NCBI GenBank assembly: GCA_965231075.1
Contig: OZ246412.1
Coordinates: 321,587 to 385,586, forward strand
Direction: 5' to 3'
Length of the DNA: 64,000 nucleotides
Source: an uncultured Candidatus Saccharibacteria bacterium
Lineage (GTDB): Bacteria > Patescibacteriota > Minisyncoccia > RBG-13-40-8-A
How positions within the stretch are numbered: position 1 is the first letter of the stretch; the number at the start of each line of letters is the position of its first letter. Of this stretch, positions 54,321 through 63,975 are shown piece by piece. A program made the translations under genes and the position numbers. The notes under the pieces were generated by a model. That model ran no database searches. It saw only the letters and a list, made by a program, of their open reading frames with translations, and was not told where the DNA came from.

Positions 54321-56750
54321 TTATTCCCCGCAACACTTTTTATACTTTTTCCCTGACCCACACGGGCAGGGATCGTTTCTGCCAACATGTTTTTTGATTT
54401 GAGTATTTTGATCATTAGATTTTCTTTGGTCATTGGCCATTGAAAATTGGGGATTTTGTTTTAGTTCCACCCTCAATAACATTTCTACAATCGAATTATT
54501 AATTTCGTCCATCATTTTACCAAACAATCGATGACCTTCGTTTTTGTATTCCACTAGTGGATCTTTTTGTCCGTAAGCGCGCAAATTTACGCTGTCGCGC
54601 AAACATTCCATTGTCTCTAAATGTTCCATCCAAAGCATGTCAATTGCTCTTAACATGACAAATTTTTCTAAATTACCTTTTTCGTTTTCGGGAGTTTCTT
54701 GGATTTTTCCCTCGTATTGTTTTAATTCTTCCTCGTTCATCAATTCCTTAACCTTGTTGTGAATTTCTTCATTTGTAGAATCAAATAAAATTTCCTTGCG
54801 CATATTATAAACCGCAGTTCTTTGTTTGTTCATTACTTCGTCATAATCTAAAACATGTTTTCGAATATCAAAATTATATCCTTCAATCTTTGCTTGTGCT
54901 TTTTCAATCGCGCTAGAAATCATTTTGTTTTCAATGGGCATGTCTTCAGGCACTTTCAGCATGTCCATCAACCCTTTAATTCTATCTGAACCAAATCTCT
55001 GCATTAATTCATCTTCTAAAGATACAAAAAACTGTGTTTCTCCTGGATCTCCTTGCCTTCCCGATCTTCCTCTTAATTGATTATCAATTCTTCTGGCTTC
55101 GTGTCTTTCGGTGCCCAAAACATATAAACCTCCCGCCTCTTTAACCTTCTGCGCTTCTTCTGTATCTTGTGGCACGCCCCCCAAAACAATATCAACTCCA
55201 CGACCCGCCATGTTAGTAGCCACTGTGACTGCGCCCAACTTACCGGCCTGGGCAACAATCGCTCCTTCCTGTTCGTGTTGCTTGGCATTCAAGATTTCGC
55301 ATCTAATACCTTCTCTTTTCAATAACATGCCTAAATATTCATTTTTTTCAATTGAAATCGTACCAATTAAAACTGGTTGCCCCTTAGCATGCCTTTTTTT
55401 GGTTTCTTCAACAATGGCTTTAAATTTTCCTTTTTCGGTTTTGTAGATTTGGTCTTGTAAATCCTTTCTCACCATGGGGTTGTTCGTGGGAATAACAATT
55501 GTGTCTAGTTTGTAAACCTTATCAAATTCTTCGGAATTGCTTAAAGCCGTTCCAGTCATGCCGGCCAATTTTTTATACATTCTAAAATAATTTTGAAAAG
55601 TAATTGTCGCTAGAGTTTTAGATTCTTTTTGTACAATAACATTCTCCTTGGCCTCAATGGCTTGATGCAAACCGCCAGAATATCTTCGGCCAGGCATTAA
55701 TCGTCCAGTAAATTCATCAACAATTATAATCTCGCCATCTTTAACAACATATTCTTTGTCTTTTTTAAACAAAACCTCTGCACGCAATGCCTGTTCTAAA
55801 TGATGAACAATCTGAATTCCTGTTTCCTCATAAATATTACTCATTCCCAAAATCTTTTCCATTTTATCCATGCCAGCATTGGTTAATGTTACTGAACGTT
55901 TTTTTTCATCAATTTTATAATCGATATCTTTTTCAAGTCGAGGTACAATCTTTGAGAATTTTTTGTATAAATCTGCTGATTCAGTGTCAGGCGCAGAAAT
56001 AATTAATGGCGTTCGTGCCTCATCAATCAAAATACTATCTACTTCATCAATGATTACGAAATTATGTTCCCGTTGCGAGATTTGTGATTTTTCATAGGCC
56101 ATGTTGTCCCGCAAATAATCAAACCCGAATTCATTGTTCGTGCCATATAAAATATCAGCATCATAGGCTTGTTTTCGAGTGCATGGCTTTAAATAGTCTT
56201 CAACAATTCTGAAGTTTCCCATTGCATCACGAATTTCATCTTTTTCGTTGTTTTTGTATTCAGGATCATAAATATATGATTTCTCATGATTAATACAGGC
56301 TACCGATAGGCCCAAAAAATTATAAACCTGTCCCATCCAAACCATATCTCTTTTTGCTAGATAATCATTAACAGTCACAAGTTGAACTCCCTGACCATCT
56401 AGGGCGTTTAAATAAAGCGCCAAAGTTGCAGTTAAAGTTTTTCCTTCTCCGGTTTTCATTTCAGCGATTTTTCCCTGATGTAGAACAATTCCACCAATTA
56501 ATTGCACGTCGAAATGTCTTTGTTTTAAAGTTCTTTTTGCGGCTTCACGAATATTGGCAAATGCTTCTGGCAAAATATCGTCCAATGTTTCGCCCTCAGT
56601 TAGTCTCTTTTTAAATTCTTCGGTTTTGTCTTTCAGTTCCTGATTTGAAAAATGCTCGAATTTTTGTTCGAGCTCATTTATTTTATCAACCAACATCTGA
56701 ATTTTATTTAAATATTTTTTGTTCGGATCCCCGAATAATTTTTCCAACAT
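54321..56750 (-). CDS. secA: Preprotein translocase ATPase SecA
   Basis: DEAD-like motor and C-terminal CPCGSGKKYKKCCG zinc finger. Promoter TTGTTT-N17-TAAAAT lies 6 nt before the ATG. Confidence 0.9.
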   Translation of the reverse strand: MLEKLFGDPNKKYLNKIQMLVDKINELEQKFEHFSNQELKDKTEEFKKRLTEGETLDDILPEAFANIREAAKRTLKQRHFDVQLIGGIVLHQGKIAEMKTGEGKTLTATLALYLNALDGQGVQLVTVNDYLAKRDMVWMGQVYNFLGLSVACINHEKSYIYDPEYKNNEKDEIRDAMGNFRIVEDYLKPCTRKQAYDADILYGTNNEFGFDYLRDNMAYEKSQISQREHNFVIIDEVDSILIDEARTPLIISAPDTESADLYKKFSKIVPRLEKDIDYKIDEKKRSVTLTNAGMDKMEKILGMSNIYEETGIQIVHHLEQALRAEVLFKKDKEYVVKDGEIIIVDEFTGRLMPGRRYSGGLHQAIEAKENVIVQKESKTLATITFQNYFRMYKKLAGMTGTALSNSEEFDKVYKLDTIVIPTNNPMVRKDLQDQIYKTEKGKFKAIVEETKKRHAKGQPVLIGTISIEKNEYLGMLLKREGIRCEILNAKQHEQEGAIVAQAGKLGAVTVATNMAGRGVDIVLGGVPQDTEEAQKVKEAGGLYVLGTERHEARRIDNQLRGRSGRQGDPGETQFFVSLEDELMQRFGSDRIKGLMDMLKVPEDMPIENKMISSAIEKAQAKIEGYNFDIRKHVLDYDEVMNKQRTAVYNMRKEILFDSTNEEIHNKVKELMNEEELKQYEGKIQETPENEKGNLEKFVMLRAIDMLWMEHLETMECLRDSVNLRAYGQKDPLVEYKNEGHRLFGKMMDEINNSIVEMLLRVELKQNPQFSMANDQRKSNDQNTQIKKHVGRNDPCPCGSGKKYKKCCGE

Positions 56751-56756
56751 GTGTTT

Positions 56757-56785
56757 ATTTTATCAGTTTTTTCGTAGAAAAACAA
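56757..56785 (-). promoter_or_regulatory. secA promoter giving a leaderless mRNA
   Basis: -35 TTGTTT, 17-nt spacer, -10 TAAAAT, 6 nt, ATG. Confidence 0.45.
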
Positions 56786-56850
56786 GAGATTTTAAAAAGA
56801 TACATTTTGGATGTATCTTTTTTGGGAAAATAAATCTAAAACTATTGCTT

Positions 56851-57618
56851 TTATTCTTCTTGATTTTTGTCGATTTCACTTAATATTTCATCTTTTTTTA
56901 TGTCCCATTCCTTTTCGGACATTTCTTGGACTGGTTTAAATTTTCCAGGAATTCTGTCTTTGTATGGCGTATCCAGTGATTCATTTAATATATTTTTCAA
57001 TCCTATTTTGTCTTTGCTAAGTATCTCTATTTGACTCTTTAAGTAGTCTATAGTGTTCTTATTAGAGTTTTCATTGATTTTTCTTATATTCTCCTCTATC
57101 AATTTAGTGGCTAAGTCAATTGAGCCAACCAAGATATCTTCGAATTTTTCTCGATTTACTGTTCTGTCTTTAAAGACGTCATCTGTTATGTGGCATTGAT
57201 TGTCTCTAATTTCACGAATTCCATCTAAAAAATCACAAAGTTCTTGTGTAGAAATTGGCAATTTTTTTATATTTTTATGAAGTTCGCTCTCCTTGTTTGA
57301 AACCAAAGAAGTATCAGTAAATAATGGATCTTTTCGTTCGGCAAAAATATGTATTTGTTTGCCATGCTTGTTAAATCCTATTCGATAATGACTTAATAAA
57401 ATATTGTGTGCTATTTTCTTTAATTGCTGGGTTTTTTCTTCTAATTTACGTACTTCTTCTAATATTGGCCCAACTATTTCTGCTGTTTTTGCAGAAATAT
57501 CCTCGAAACACGTATAATATTTCTCTATTGATTTTTGTAATTCGGTTTTTTCTTTTTTGTCATCATCCGCTGATTGAGATTGTATATTTATATTTTCTTT
57601 AGATTTCTTCCTGAACAT
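56851..57618 (-). CDS. Hypothetical 255-aa helical protein containing an R-x4-H (HEPN-like) motif
   Basis: IREIRDNQCHITDD. Confidence 0.35.
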   Translation of the reverse strand: MFRKKSKENINIQSQSADDDKKEKTELQKSIEKYYTCFEDISAKTAEIVGPILEEVRKLEEKTQQLKKIAHNILLSHYRIGFNKHGKQIHIFAERKDPLFTDTSLVSNKESELHKNIKKLPISTQELCDFLDGIREIRDNQCHITDDVFKDRTVNREKFEDILVGSIDLATKLIEENIRKINENSNKNTIDYLKSQIEILSKDKIGLKNILNESLDTPYKDRIPGKFKPVQEMSEKEWDIKKDEILSEIDKNQEE

Positions 57619-57694
57619 TGTATATTTTTACTTATTTATTTTAATTAATCTTCCCTATTTTAATTTTACCCCCCCAGCAGAAAGTCAAGTGTAA

Positions 57695-57735
57695 ACAAAA
57701 AATTCGGAGGTGCAATCTCCGAATTTTATAATCTT
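57695..57735. terminator. Bidirectional terminator
   Basis: A-run, AATTCGGAG-GTGCAAT-CTCCGAATT, T-run. Confidence 0.6.
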
Positions 57736-57745
57736 TTAACAACAA

Positions 57746-58030
57746 TTATTCCTGTAATTTCAGACCCAACTTTTCAGCGAGTTGAAAGATCCATTTTTCG
57801 TGAATATCCATCTTTGCTTTTATGGCCATTTGTTCTTGATGATAATCTGTAATTAATTTAGCAAGTTTATCAATCGAAGTAGTTAAACTATCAACCCGTT
57901 CTATGAGTACATCCAAATCTTTCTGTTTGGCACATTGATCAATTCGTCCTTCTATTACATCGAACTTCTTGTCTATTTTGACAAACTTTCCATCTAAATA
58001 TTCAACTAATTCACTAAAATCCTTATTCAT
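57746..58030 (-). CDS. Hypothetical 94-aa coiled-coil protein
   Basis: ORF only. Confidence 0.35.
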   Translation of the reverse strand: MNKDFSELVEYLDGKFVKIDKKFDVIEGRIDQCAKQKDLDVLIERVDSLTTSIDKLAKLITDYHQEQMAIKAKMDIHEKWIFQLAEKLGLKLQE

Positions 58031-58072
58031 ATAATCTATATTATATTTTTTATAAATTACGATGTCAATGTC

Positions 58073-59866
58073 TTATATCGCAGTTTTGTCTGCACCTTTG
58101 GGATACCAGTTTAATTCTGATTTATTAATTGTGAAAATCGATTCTGATTTTGCGCCTGAAGATAAAAACTGGTTAGCGGTTATATTTAACCAGTATAATT
58201 TCCCTGTGTCCGCACCGGTTACTTCTAATTCATAAACTTTTGGCGAATCAGAATATTTGTAATAATTTGAAGTCTTGAATGCATCCCGAACCTGTGGTTT
58301 TACTGTTTTAATACTTTTCCAACCCCCTAGATGTCCATACATATTAAAAATTTCTGGGTTTAGAAATAATCTCTTATATCCAAATTGATTAATAATAAAA
58401 ACATCAAAATCGCCTTCGGCTCTAATTAAATCACCCTCCTTTAATCCATAATCTTCTGGTTTGGTCTGAATTGTAGTATCAGGTAGTTCGGTTGGTTCAT
58501 CAAAAATAGTTGTGTAAGCCGAAAGAGTAAATTGGGTAGCTGGATCATTATTCGTAAAACCACTATTGCGAGACTGATTTGAAACAATAATCGTTACAGA
58601 ATCAAAGTTATCCCTGAAGTTGGGGATTTTTATCGTGCCTTGTTGGTTGATTAGATTTAAGTTTCCAATAATTGGTCCCTTGGATTGATCAATATAATCG
58701 ATTACATAAAGAACGTTAAAATTTCCGCCATTAATTTCTCCTTCAAATTCCAATTCCAGGTCTTTGGTGGTGGTGCCACGCTCTTGGCGATTGGTAAATT
58801 TATACCAATGTGGCGCCCAATCTTTAACATCTTGAGAAATATTGATTACATTTGCCGAGACAATTCCGTAGCTTATTGGCGAAACAAATAAATTTCCTTT
58901 TAAATAGGGGTTTTTGTATCCATATATTCCTCCCAGTAAGATTTTATCGTTTAAATAGCTAGCAACTGTCCATTGATTGAATATTTTTGAAAAATTAACA
59001 TTGTATCCTTTATCAATTAAGGCTTGCTCTAAACTAGCAATTCCGGTTTTGTTGTTTTGCGCAGTCATGCCAATAATTTCTTCTCCGTATTGTTCGGCAA
59101 TATAGTGTCCCAAAACATTAACTGATGGATAATCAATTCTTTCTCCCTTCCATTCGGTTAACGAATCAAAGGGATAAGATAAAAAATCATCAACCCTTCT
59201 TTCTAAATTACTTCCCACATAATCGCTATCATAACCACAAAGTGTTGGAGCGTATTCACTTCTTAATTCGTTAAGCCAAATATCGTCTCGAACTCCCCTT
59301 TCGCGCTCTTTCTGGTTCCAGCTAATTAAGTGTTGCATTTCGTGAGCCAGTAAACTATAAATCAGTGGATTGGTAATTTGATTGGCATTTAAATAAATCA
59401 TCTCGCGCATATTTGACCTTGGTTCGTGGGTTTGATTTTTTTCGTCTTTCTCGTTGAAATATCCTCCTGCGGTCGCATCAAGCTTGGTTAATAAAATTGT
59501 TATCTTGGCATCGTCATCGATTCCCGGGTTCCATTCTGAACCAAAAAAATAAGTCAACGTAGGATAAATTATTTGATCAAATTCCTCTGCCAATAAATTA
59601 ATATCACCCAAATAATCCTGTTGTTGTAACAGCGTTAAATTGTCCCAATATTCATCTTCTATATAAAAATAAGCATTGTCAGAAATTTTTCTCAAAGTCG
59701 CTGAAGTTTCTATGCGATTATTATAATCGTATTCTGGATCTAGATAGAATCCTACGTTCTTATTTAAATCATCAATAGCGAAAGCACACTGAAAGAAAAC
59801 AATAAAAACCCCACCCGAAACAAGTAAGGTTAAAACTATTCTCTTTTTTATTGAAAAGAATTTCAT
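58073..59866 (-). CDS. Secreted HExxH zinc-metallopeptidase-like protein
   Basis: Signal peptide/TM helix; LLAHEMQHLISWNQ. Confidence 0.5.
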   Translation of the reverse strand: MKFFSIKKRIVLTLLVSGGVFIVFFQCAFAIDDLNKNVGFYLDPEYDYNNRIETSATLRKISDNAYFYIEDEYWDNLTLLQQQDYLGDINLLAEEFDQIIYPTLTYFFGSEWNPGIDDDAKITILLTKLDATAGGYFNEKDEKNQTHEPRSNMREMIYLNANQITNPLIYSLLAHEMQHLISWNQKERERGVRDDIWLNELRSEYAPTLCGYDSDYVGSNLERRVDDFLSYPFDSLTEWKGERIDYPSVNVLGHYIAEQYGEEIIGMTAQNNKTGIASLEQALIDKGYNVNFSKIFNQWTVASYLNDKILLGGIYGYKNPYLKGNLFVSPISYGIVSANVINISQDVKDWAPHWYKFTNRQERGTTTKDLELEFEGEINGGNFNVLYVIDYIDQSKGPIIGNLNLINQQGTIKIPNFRDNFDSVTIIVSNQSRNSGFTNNDPATQFTLSAYTTIFDEPTELPDTTIQTKPEDYGLKEGDLIRAEGDFDVFIINQFGYKRLFLNPEIFNMYGHLGGWKSIKTVKPQVRDAFKTSNYYKYSDSPKVYELEVTGADTGKLYWLNITANQFLSSGAKSESIFTINKSELNWYPKGADKTAI

Positions 59867-59891
59867 TAATTTAAATACAACAAATTACGTC

Positions 59892-59964
59892 GCCTGAGGA
59901 GCTTGGAAGGTAAAAACCCCAATACTTGGTATTGAATGGGTACCGGTTCCAGAGCTCCTCAGGC
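59892..59964 (-). promoter_or_regulatory. Large 5'-UTR hairpin (12-bp perfect stem) in the leader of the metallopeptidase gene
   Basis: GCCTGAGGAGCT...AGCTCCTCAGGC with internal substructure; candidate promoter TTGACA-N18-TATACT at 59983-60012 (minus strand). Confidence 0.4.
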
Positions 59965-60029
59965 AACACAATCTCCTAATTAAGTATAACCGAAATAAAT
60001 AATGAGTGTCAAACCCCGACGCAAGGTCG

Positions 60030-60076
60030 GGGTAAATAAAAAATGTCCTCGTCGGGCCGAAGCCCAACAAGGACAA
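60030..60076 (-). terminator. Terminator of the 60080-60610 cassette, preceded by a second GC hairpin
   Basis: GTCCTCGTCGGGC-CGAA-GCCCAACAAGGAC followed by a T-run on the minus strand; CCCCGAC-GCAAG-GTCGGGG at 60014-60032. Confidence 0.65.
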
Positions 60077-60079
60077 AAC

Positions 60080-60610
60080 CTATTTCAGAAAATTCCACCA
60101 AAGTTCGAAAGTGCAGACGAGGAGCATTAGGGCCGTACTAATCAGAATTTCCTTTCTGATTTTGGTCGGATAACCCCACTTTCTGACCCATGACTTGCCC
60201 CACGGATAGAAGAAGGACGCATAAGGATAAGTTTCATCGTTTTTCTGGAAACGATCGATCATCATGTGTACGAACCAGAACGTAAACGGAACCCACCATA
60301 AACGGTGAAAAAATATTAATCCGCACACAAACGACATGATTGCTCCGGGCCAAAGATGAAACCAGCATGCAGGGATTTTTACTCCCGGAGACGGCTTGCC
60401 AACATCACCGCCCCTGAGAAATCGCGGAATACGCACGAAAAAAATGTCCGCGACATAACTCGGCGAGGTGAAGTGATCGGCAAAGTCCATTACCGAACCC
60501 CAGAAATAAATGAGTGCGAGCTGGAGAATAGAAAACTCCATCCCGAACCCGAAAAGCAGAATCGCCCGAAACGCGAACGTAATGTCAAAGTGCGTCATTG
60601 GTGCGGCCAT
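60080..60610 (-). CDS. GC-rich 176-aa Trp/Phe-rich membrane protein; alien cassette
   Basis: AAAGGAGGTG SD 5 nt before the ATG; perfect consensus promoter at 60645-60673. Confidence 0.55.
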   Translation of the reverse strand: MAAPMTHFDITFAFRAILLFGFGMEFSILQLALIYFWGSVMDFADHFTSPSYVADIFFVRIPRFLRGGDVGKPSPGVKIPACWFHLWPGAIMSFVCGLIFFHRLWWVPFTFWFVHMMIDRFQKNDETYPYASFFYPWGKSWVRKWGYPTKIRKEILISTALMLLVCTFELWWNFLK

Positions 60611-60644
60611 CCTGCACCTCCTTTCTTAAATTCTAATAATATAT

Positions 60645-60673
60645 ATTATACACCCGAAACACAATTATGTCAA
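60645..60673 (-). promoter_or_regulatory. Perfect consensus promoter TTGACA-N17-TATAAT
   Basis: Minus strand TTGACATAATTGTGTTTCGGGTGTATAAT, a near-twin of the promoter at 26074-26102. Confidence 0.6.
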
Positions 60674-60859
60674 CCAAAAAGAAAAACGTCGACATAAAGC
60701 CAGACGTTTTTCCCCAAGTATAGAGTCCTCCCTTGCGGGATTTCCCATTCAATAACTATATATTAGCAGATAAAAAATCCGTTGTCAACCCCTGTTAAAT
60801 AAAAACCTTTGGTTTTTGATTTTAATATAAAATCATTTAACGGGGTCAAGACCCTAGAT

Positions 60860-61621
60860 TTAATATTTAAATTCTGCATCAACCACAATGTCGTGAGCGA
60901 ACTCTTGGCAACCAATGGCGAAAATTCTAAACATTGGCGAAATATCAGCACCATCTAAAAACTTTAACGATTTGCCGTTGTTTCCCAAACACTCACCTCC
61001 TTGTATTTTCTCGCATTTTAATTCAATCAAGATTTCAAATTCTAAAACTGTTTCTTTGTCATATGGATAAATATCTCCTAAGGGATAGTTGTCTAGTTCG
61101 AGTAACATATATTCGTCGCCACCCAATTTTATTTCTTGGGCTTGATCATTGACAATCAGTGTCATTTTGGCGACATAGGATTTCTCTAGAGCGTAAACCT
61201 TGTCATCGCGATCGCTTAATTTGTTGCTTTCAAAATATAGCCACAATTTCGGAATATCCATTAAGGTGTAAATTGGATTTTTGATTTTGTATTTGCCTAA
61301 ACTAATTGTATTAGTGGACCCGTCTTTGGGAATTGTCCATGTCGCATTTGCTTCTTTGGTGACAGCAGGAACAATTGTTGCCGGGCTGGCGCAACCATAT
61401 TTTGAATTATCAACAATTGCCTCTGATCTTCTAGGGTTATCAGTCTTAGAAACTGGCACTGGCCTATATTCTTCTTGAGAAGTTGGCGGATTTCCAGGAT
61501 TGTTTTCGTTCTTACGATAATCTTGATAGATAAAAATTCCCACAATAATAAGAACAGCAATTAGGGGCAAGATTATCTTCCAATTTATTTTTTTGTTTTC
61601 CGAATTTTCTAAGTTCTCCAT
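60860..61621 (-). CDS. Membrane-anchored hypothetical protein
   Basis: N-terminal TM helix, Pro-rich linker, globular C-terminus. Confidence 0.4.
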   Translation of the reverse strand: MENLENSENKKINWKIILPLIAVLIIVGIFIYQDYRKNENNPGNPPTSQEEYRPVPVSKTDNPRRSEAIVDNSKYGCASPATIVPAVTKEANATWTIPKDGSTNTISLGKYKIKNPIYTLMDIPKLWLYFESNKLSDRDDKVYALEKSYVAKMTLIVNDQAQEIKLGGDEYMLLELDNYPLGDIYPYDKETVLEFEILIELKCEKIQGGECLGNNGKSLKFLDGADISPMFRIFAIGCQEFAHDIVVDAEFKY

Positions 61622-61636
61622 AATTTTTAATTTTAC

Positions 61637-62212
61637 TTATTTAATTTTAAAATTCTCTGCAACTTGACTAAACAATTCTTTATATTCCGCCCATTTTTCT
61701 TCTAGGGTGTTGAAGGAAATTATCCAAACATCGTGATCTTTGATTCTAATTGCCAAAAAAACCTTAAAATCAACTTCGTTTTGCCTGAACTGTGACTCAA
61801 TAAAATAAATCTCCCCATCTTCGGTGGCTTGGATTTCTTCGTTCAAAACTTGTAATCCTTTAAAGCTTTGAGTTAATGATTCTTTAATTTTGTTGAGGTA
61901 TTCCGGAATTGTTGCTTCCGCAAAAACGTCTTTAATCACAGAGTAATAACTGGCGAAATTTAATTCTTTGATCTTTGGGTCGCCAAACTGTTCAACTTCC
62001 TTCATTGCCATGGCATAAGCGCCGTAGGCCGGAGGATTTATTTCAACCCAACCTTGGATTAATTTAATTTTAAAAAATTCGTTCTCAATGTTTTCTTTAG
62101 GCGCTTTAACCTGATTGCTTGTTTCCGGCTTTAAAACCAGAAAATAAACAACAACCAAAACAACCAATAAAAAGACTAGTATTCCGGCAAAAATTAAGGT
62201 TTTTTTATTCAC
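61637..62212 (-). CDS. Membrane-anchored hypothetical protein
   Basis: N-terminal TM helix plus a 160-aa domain. Confidence 0.4.
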   Translation of the reverse strand: MNKKTLIFAGILVFLLVVLVVVYFLVLKPETSNQVKAPKENIENEFFKIKLIQGWVEINPPAYGAYAMAMKEVEQFGDPKIKELNFASYYSVIKDVFAEATIPEYLNKIKESLTQSFKGLQVLNEEIQATEDGEIYFIESQFRQNEVDFKVFLAIRIKDHDVWIISFNTLEEKWAEYKELFSQVAENFKIK

Positions 62213-62220
62213 CTGTTTGT

Positions 62221-63975
62221 TTACTTGGGTAATGAGTTAATAAATTTCTCTGCATCTTTTTCAAAATTGGGATCAATTTCCGCTGACATTAATGCGGCTG
62301 CCCTAGCCCTAACATAGTCACCTGTTATAGCGTAAGCAGCAGCCAAAGAAGCATGGAGTTGGGCATTATTTGGCTCTTCAATAACGGCAAGTTCATAAAT
62401 GTCTCGTACTTTTTGATAATCTTTAACTTTTTCATAAATGAATACCATGCGCATCATATCAGTAATACTGTTTTGGTAATTAGAATACCCCTTATCAATC
62501 GCTTGGTTTAAGTATTTTGCAGCCGTTTCATAATCCCCCAAATAAGAGGCTGCCACAGCCAAAAGCCAATGAGAAACATTAACCTCTGGATTTAAATCTA
62601 GCGCCGTTTTAAAGCTATTAAAGGCGTCTTGGAATTTCTTTTGTGATATTTGTGCCTGCCCCAATTCGTACCAAATTCGAGGATTTTTATCATTAATTTT
62701 CACTGCATTGCGTATGCTTTCTTCTGCCAGCACTCCAAACTTATTGTCGGCATTAATTAATAAAATATACATTCTGCCTAAATACAAATAGGGGTTGGTA
62801 TCTAGGGGGTATTTTTCAATATTCTTTTTTATTTCTTTGGCGCCAAAGTTCAATAGATTAACCACGCTTTGACTTAGTTTGTCTTCTTGAGATTTTTGTG
62901 CTTCAACCACCTGCACAACAAATGAAGCAAATTTATGTCTAATTTCGTAAGCCCCTTGATTGGTATTGTAATTTAATGCTTTTTGATAGTACTGTAGCGC
63001 TTTATTAGCATCTCCGGCACCTGTGGCCAGAATTGCTCGAGTAGAGGCATAGTTGGCTTTCGCTGGCTCAATGTTTAATTGAAAAATTGAAACTAGCGCA
63101 AGAACCAACAGAATCGTCGCTAAAATAATCGATGGCTCTTTACTTACGATCACTTCTTGTTTGTTTTTGGGTTCTGGTTCGTTGTTCAAAAACAAGAAAT
63201 AAACATATCCCAATACCAGAAAAAACATTAAATAATTTGCTGTGGTATCGAAAATAAATAGATTTTGTATAAAATAAGCAATAATCATCGCCGACAAGAT
63301 TCCTAAAACCAGAGCCGATATTTTATTTTCCTTAAATTTTTTATACAAATAATAAAAAATAAAAAAGAAAACGCTTAAATAGCTAATCAGACCTACAACA
63401 CCCATGGTACATAAAATTTCTAAGGGCATATTGTGAGCGCGATCCCAAATTGTTTCTGATCCAAAACCAGTAAAGTGTTTGGGGTTAAAATATTTCATAT
63501 GTAAAAACATGAAATTTTCTGGTCCCCAACCCAAAATCGGTCTATCTTTAAATCCCTGTAAACCACTACTCCACGACCATAAACGAGTCTGTACCGTACT
63601 TGTGCCCAGAGAAATATCCGCTAATCGACTTAACCAACTTGTGTTTTTTACCCACGCCTGGTTTTTGCTAAAAGCAACAACCAAAACCAACAACACAAAA
63701 ATTGCCAAACTAATAATAAGATATTTTTTAACCCTGGCCGACCCGGACTTAAAAATCAAAAATAAAATCAAAAGAAATAGTGATCCAAGAAAGGCAACCA
63801 TTGCTCCACGCACTGCTGTAATAAAAACAATCGGCACACCCAAGATAAATGTTAATAGGAAAAAATTTCTCTGCCATCGTGGAAAATCTTTTTTAAAAAA
63901 CAGAAACAGGGCCAGAAACAAAACAAACAACAAATAACCGGCAAAAAGCGCGGGGTTGCCAATTGTACCAATCAA
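62221..63975 (-). CDS. O-antigen-ligase-like (Wzy_C) polytopic membrane protein with C-terminal TPR repeats; the N-terminus probably continues beyond the window
   Basis: WGPENFMFLH-type Wzy_C region, TPR helices at the C-terminus. The frame is still open at nt 64000 (TTG start at 63975 is the first in-window start). Confidence 0.55.
   Translation of the reverse strand: MIGTIGNPALFAGYLLFVLFLALFLFFKKDFPRWQRNFFLLTFILGVPIVFITAVRGAMVAFLGSLFLLILFLIFKSGSARVKKYLIISLAIFVLLVLVVAFSKNQAWVKNTSWLSRLADISLGTSTVQTRLWSWSSGLQGFKDRPILGWGPENFMFLHMKYFNPKHFTGFGSETIWDRAHNMPLEILCTMGVVGLISYLSVFFFIFYYLYKKFKENKISALVLGILSAMIIAYFIQNLFIFDTTANYLMFFLVLGYVYFLFLNNEPEPKNKQEVIVSKEPSIILATILLVLALVSIFQLNIEPAKANYASTRAILATGAGDANKALQYYQKALNYNTNQGAYEIRHKFASFVVQVVEAQKSQEDKLSQSVVNLLNFGAKEIKKNIEKYPLDTNPYLYLGRMYILLINADNKFGVLAEESIRNAVKINDKNPRIWYELGQAQISQKKFQDAFNSFKTALDLNPEVNVSHWLLAVAASYLGDYETAAKYLNQAIDKGYSNYQNSITDMMRMVFIYEKVKDYQKVRDIYELAVIEEPNNAQLHASLAAAYAITGDYVRARAAALMSAEIDPNFEKDAEKFINSLPK

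Noticed and set aside
59885-60076. 63-aa ORF 59885-60076
   Set aside because: The region is occupied by a promoter, a 5'-UTR hairpin and terminator stem-loops.
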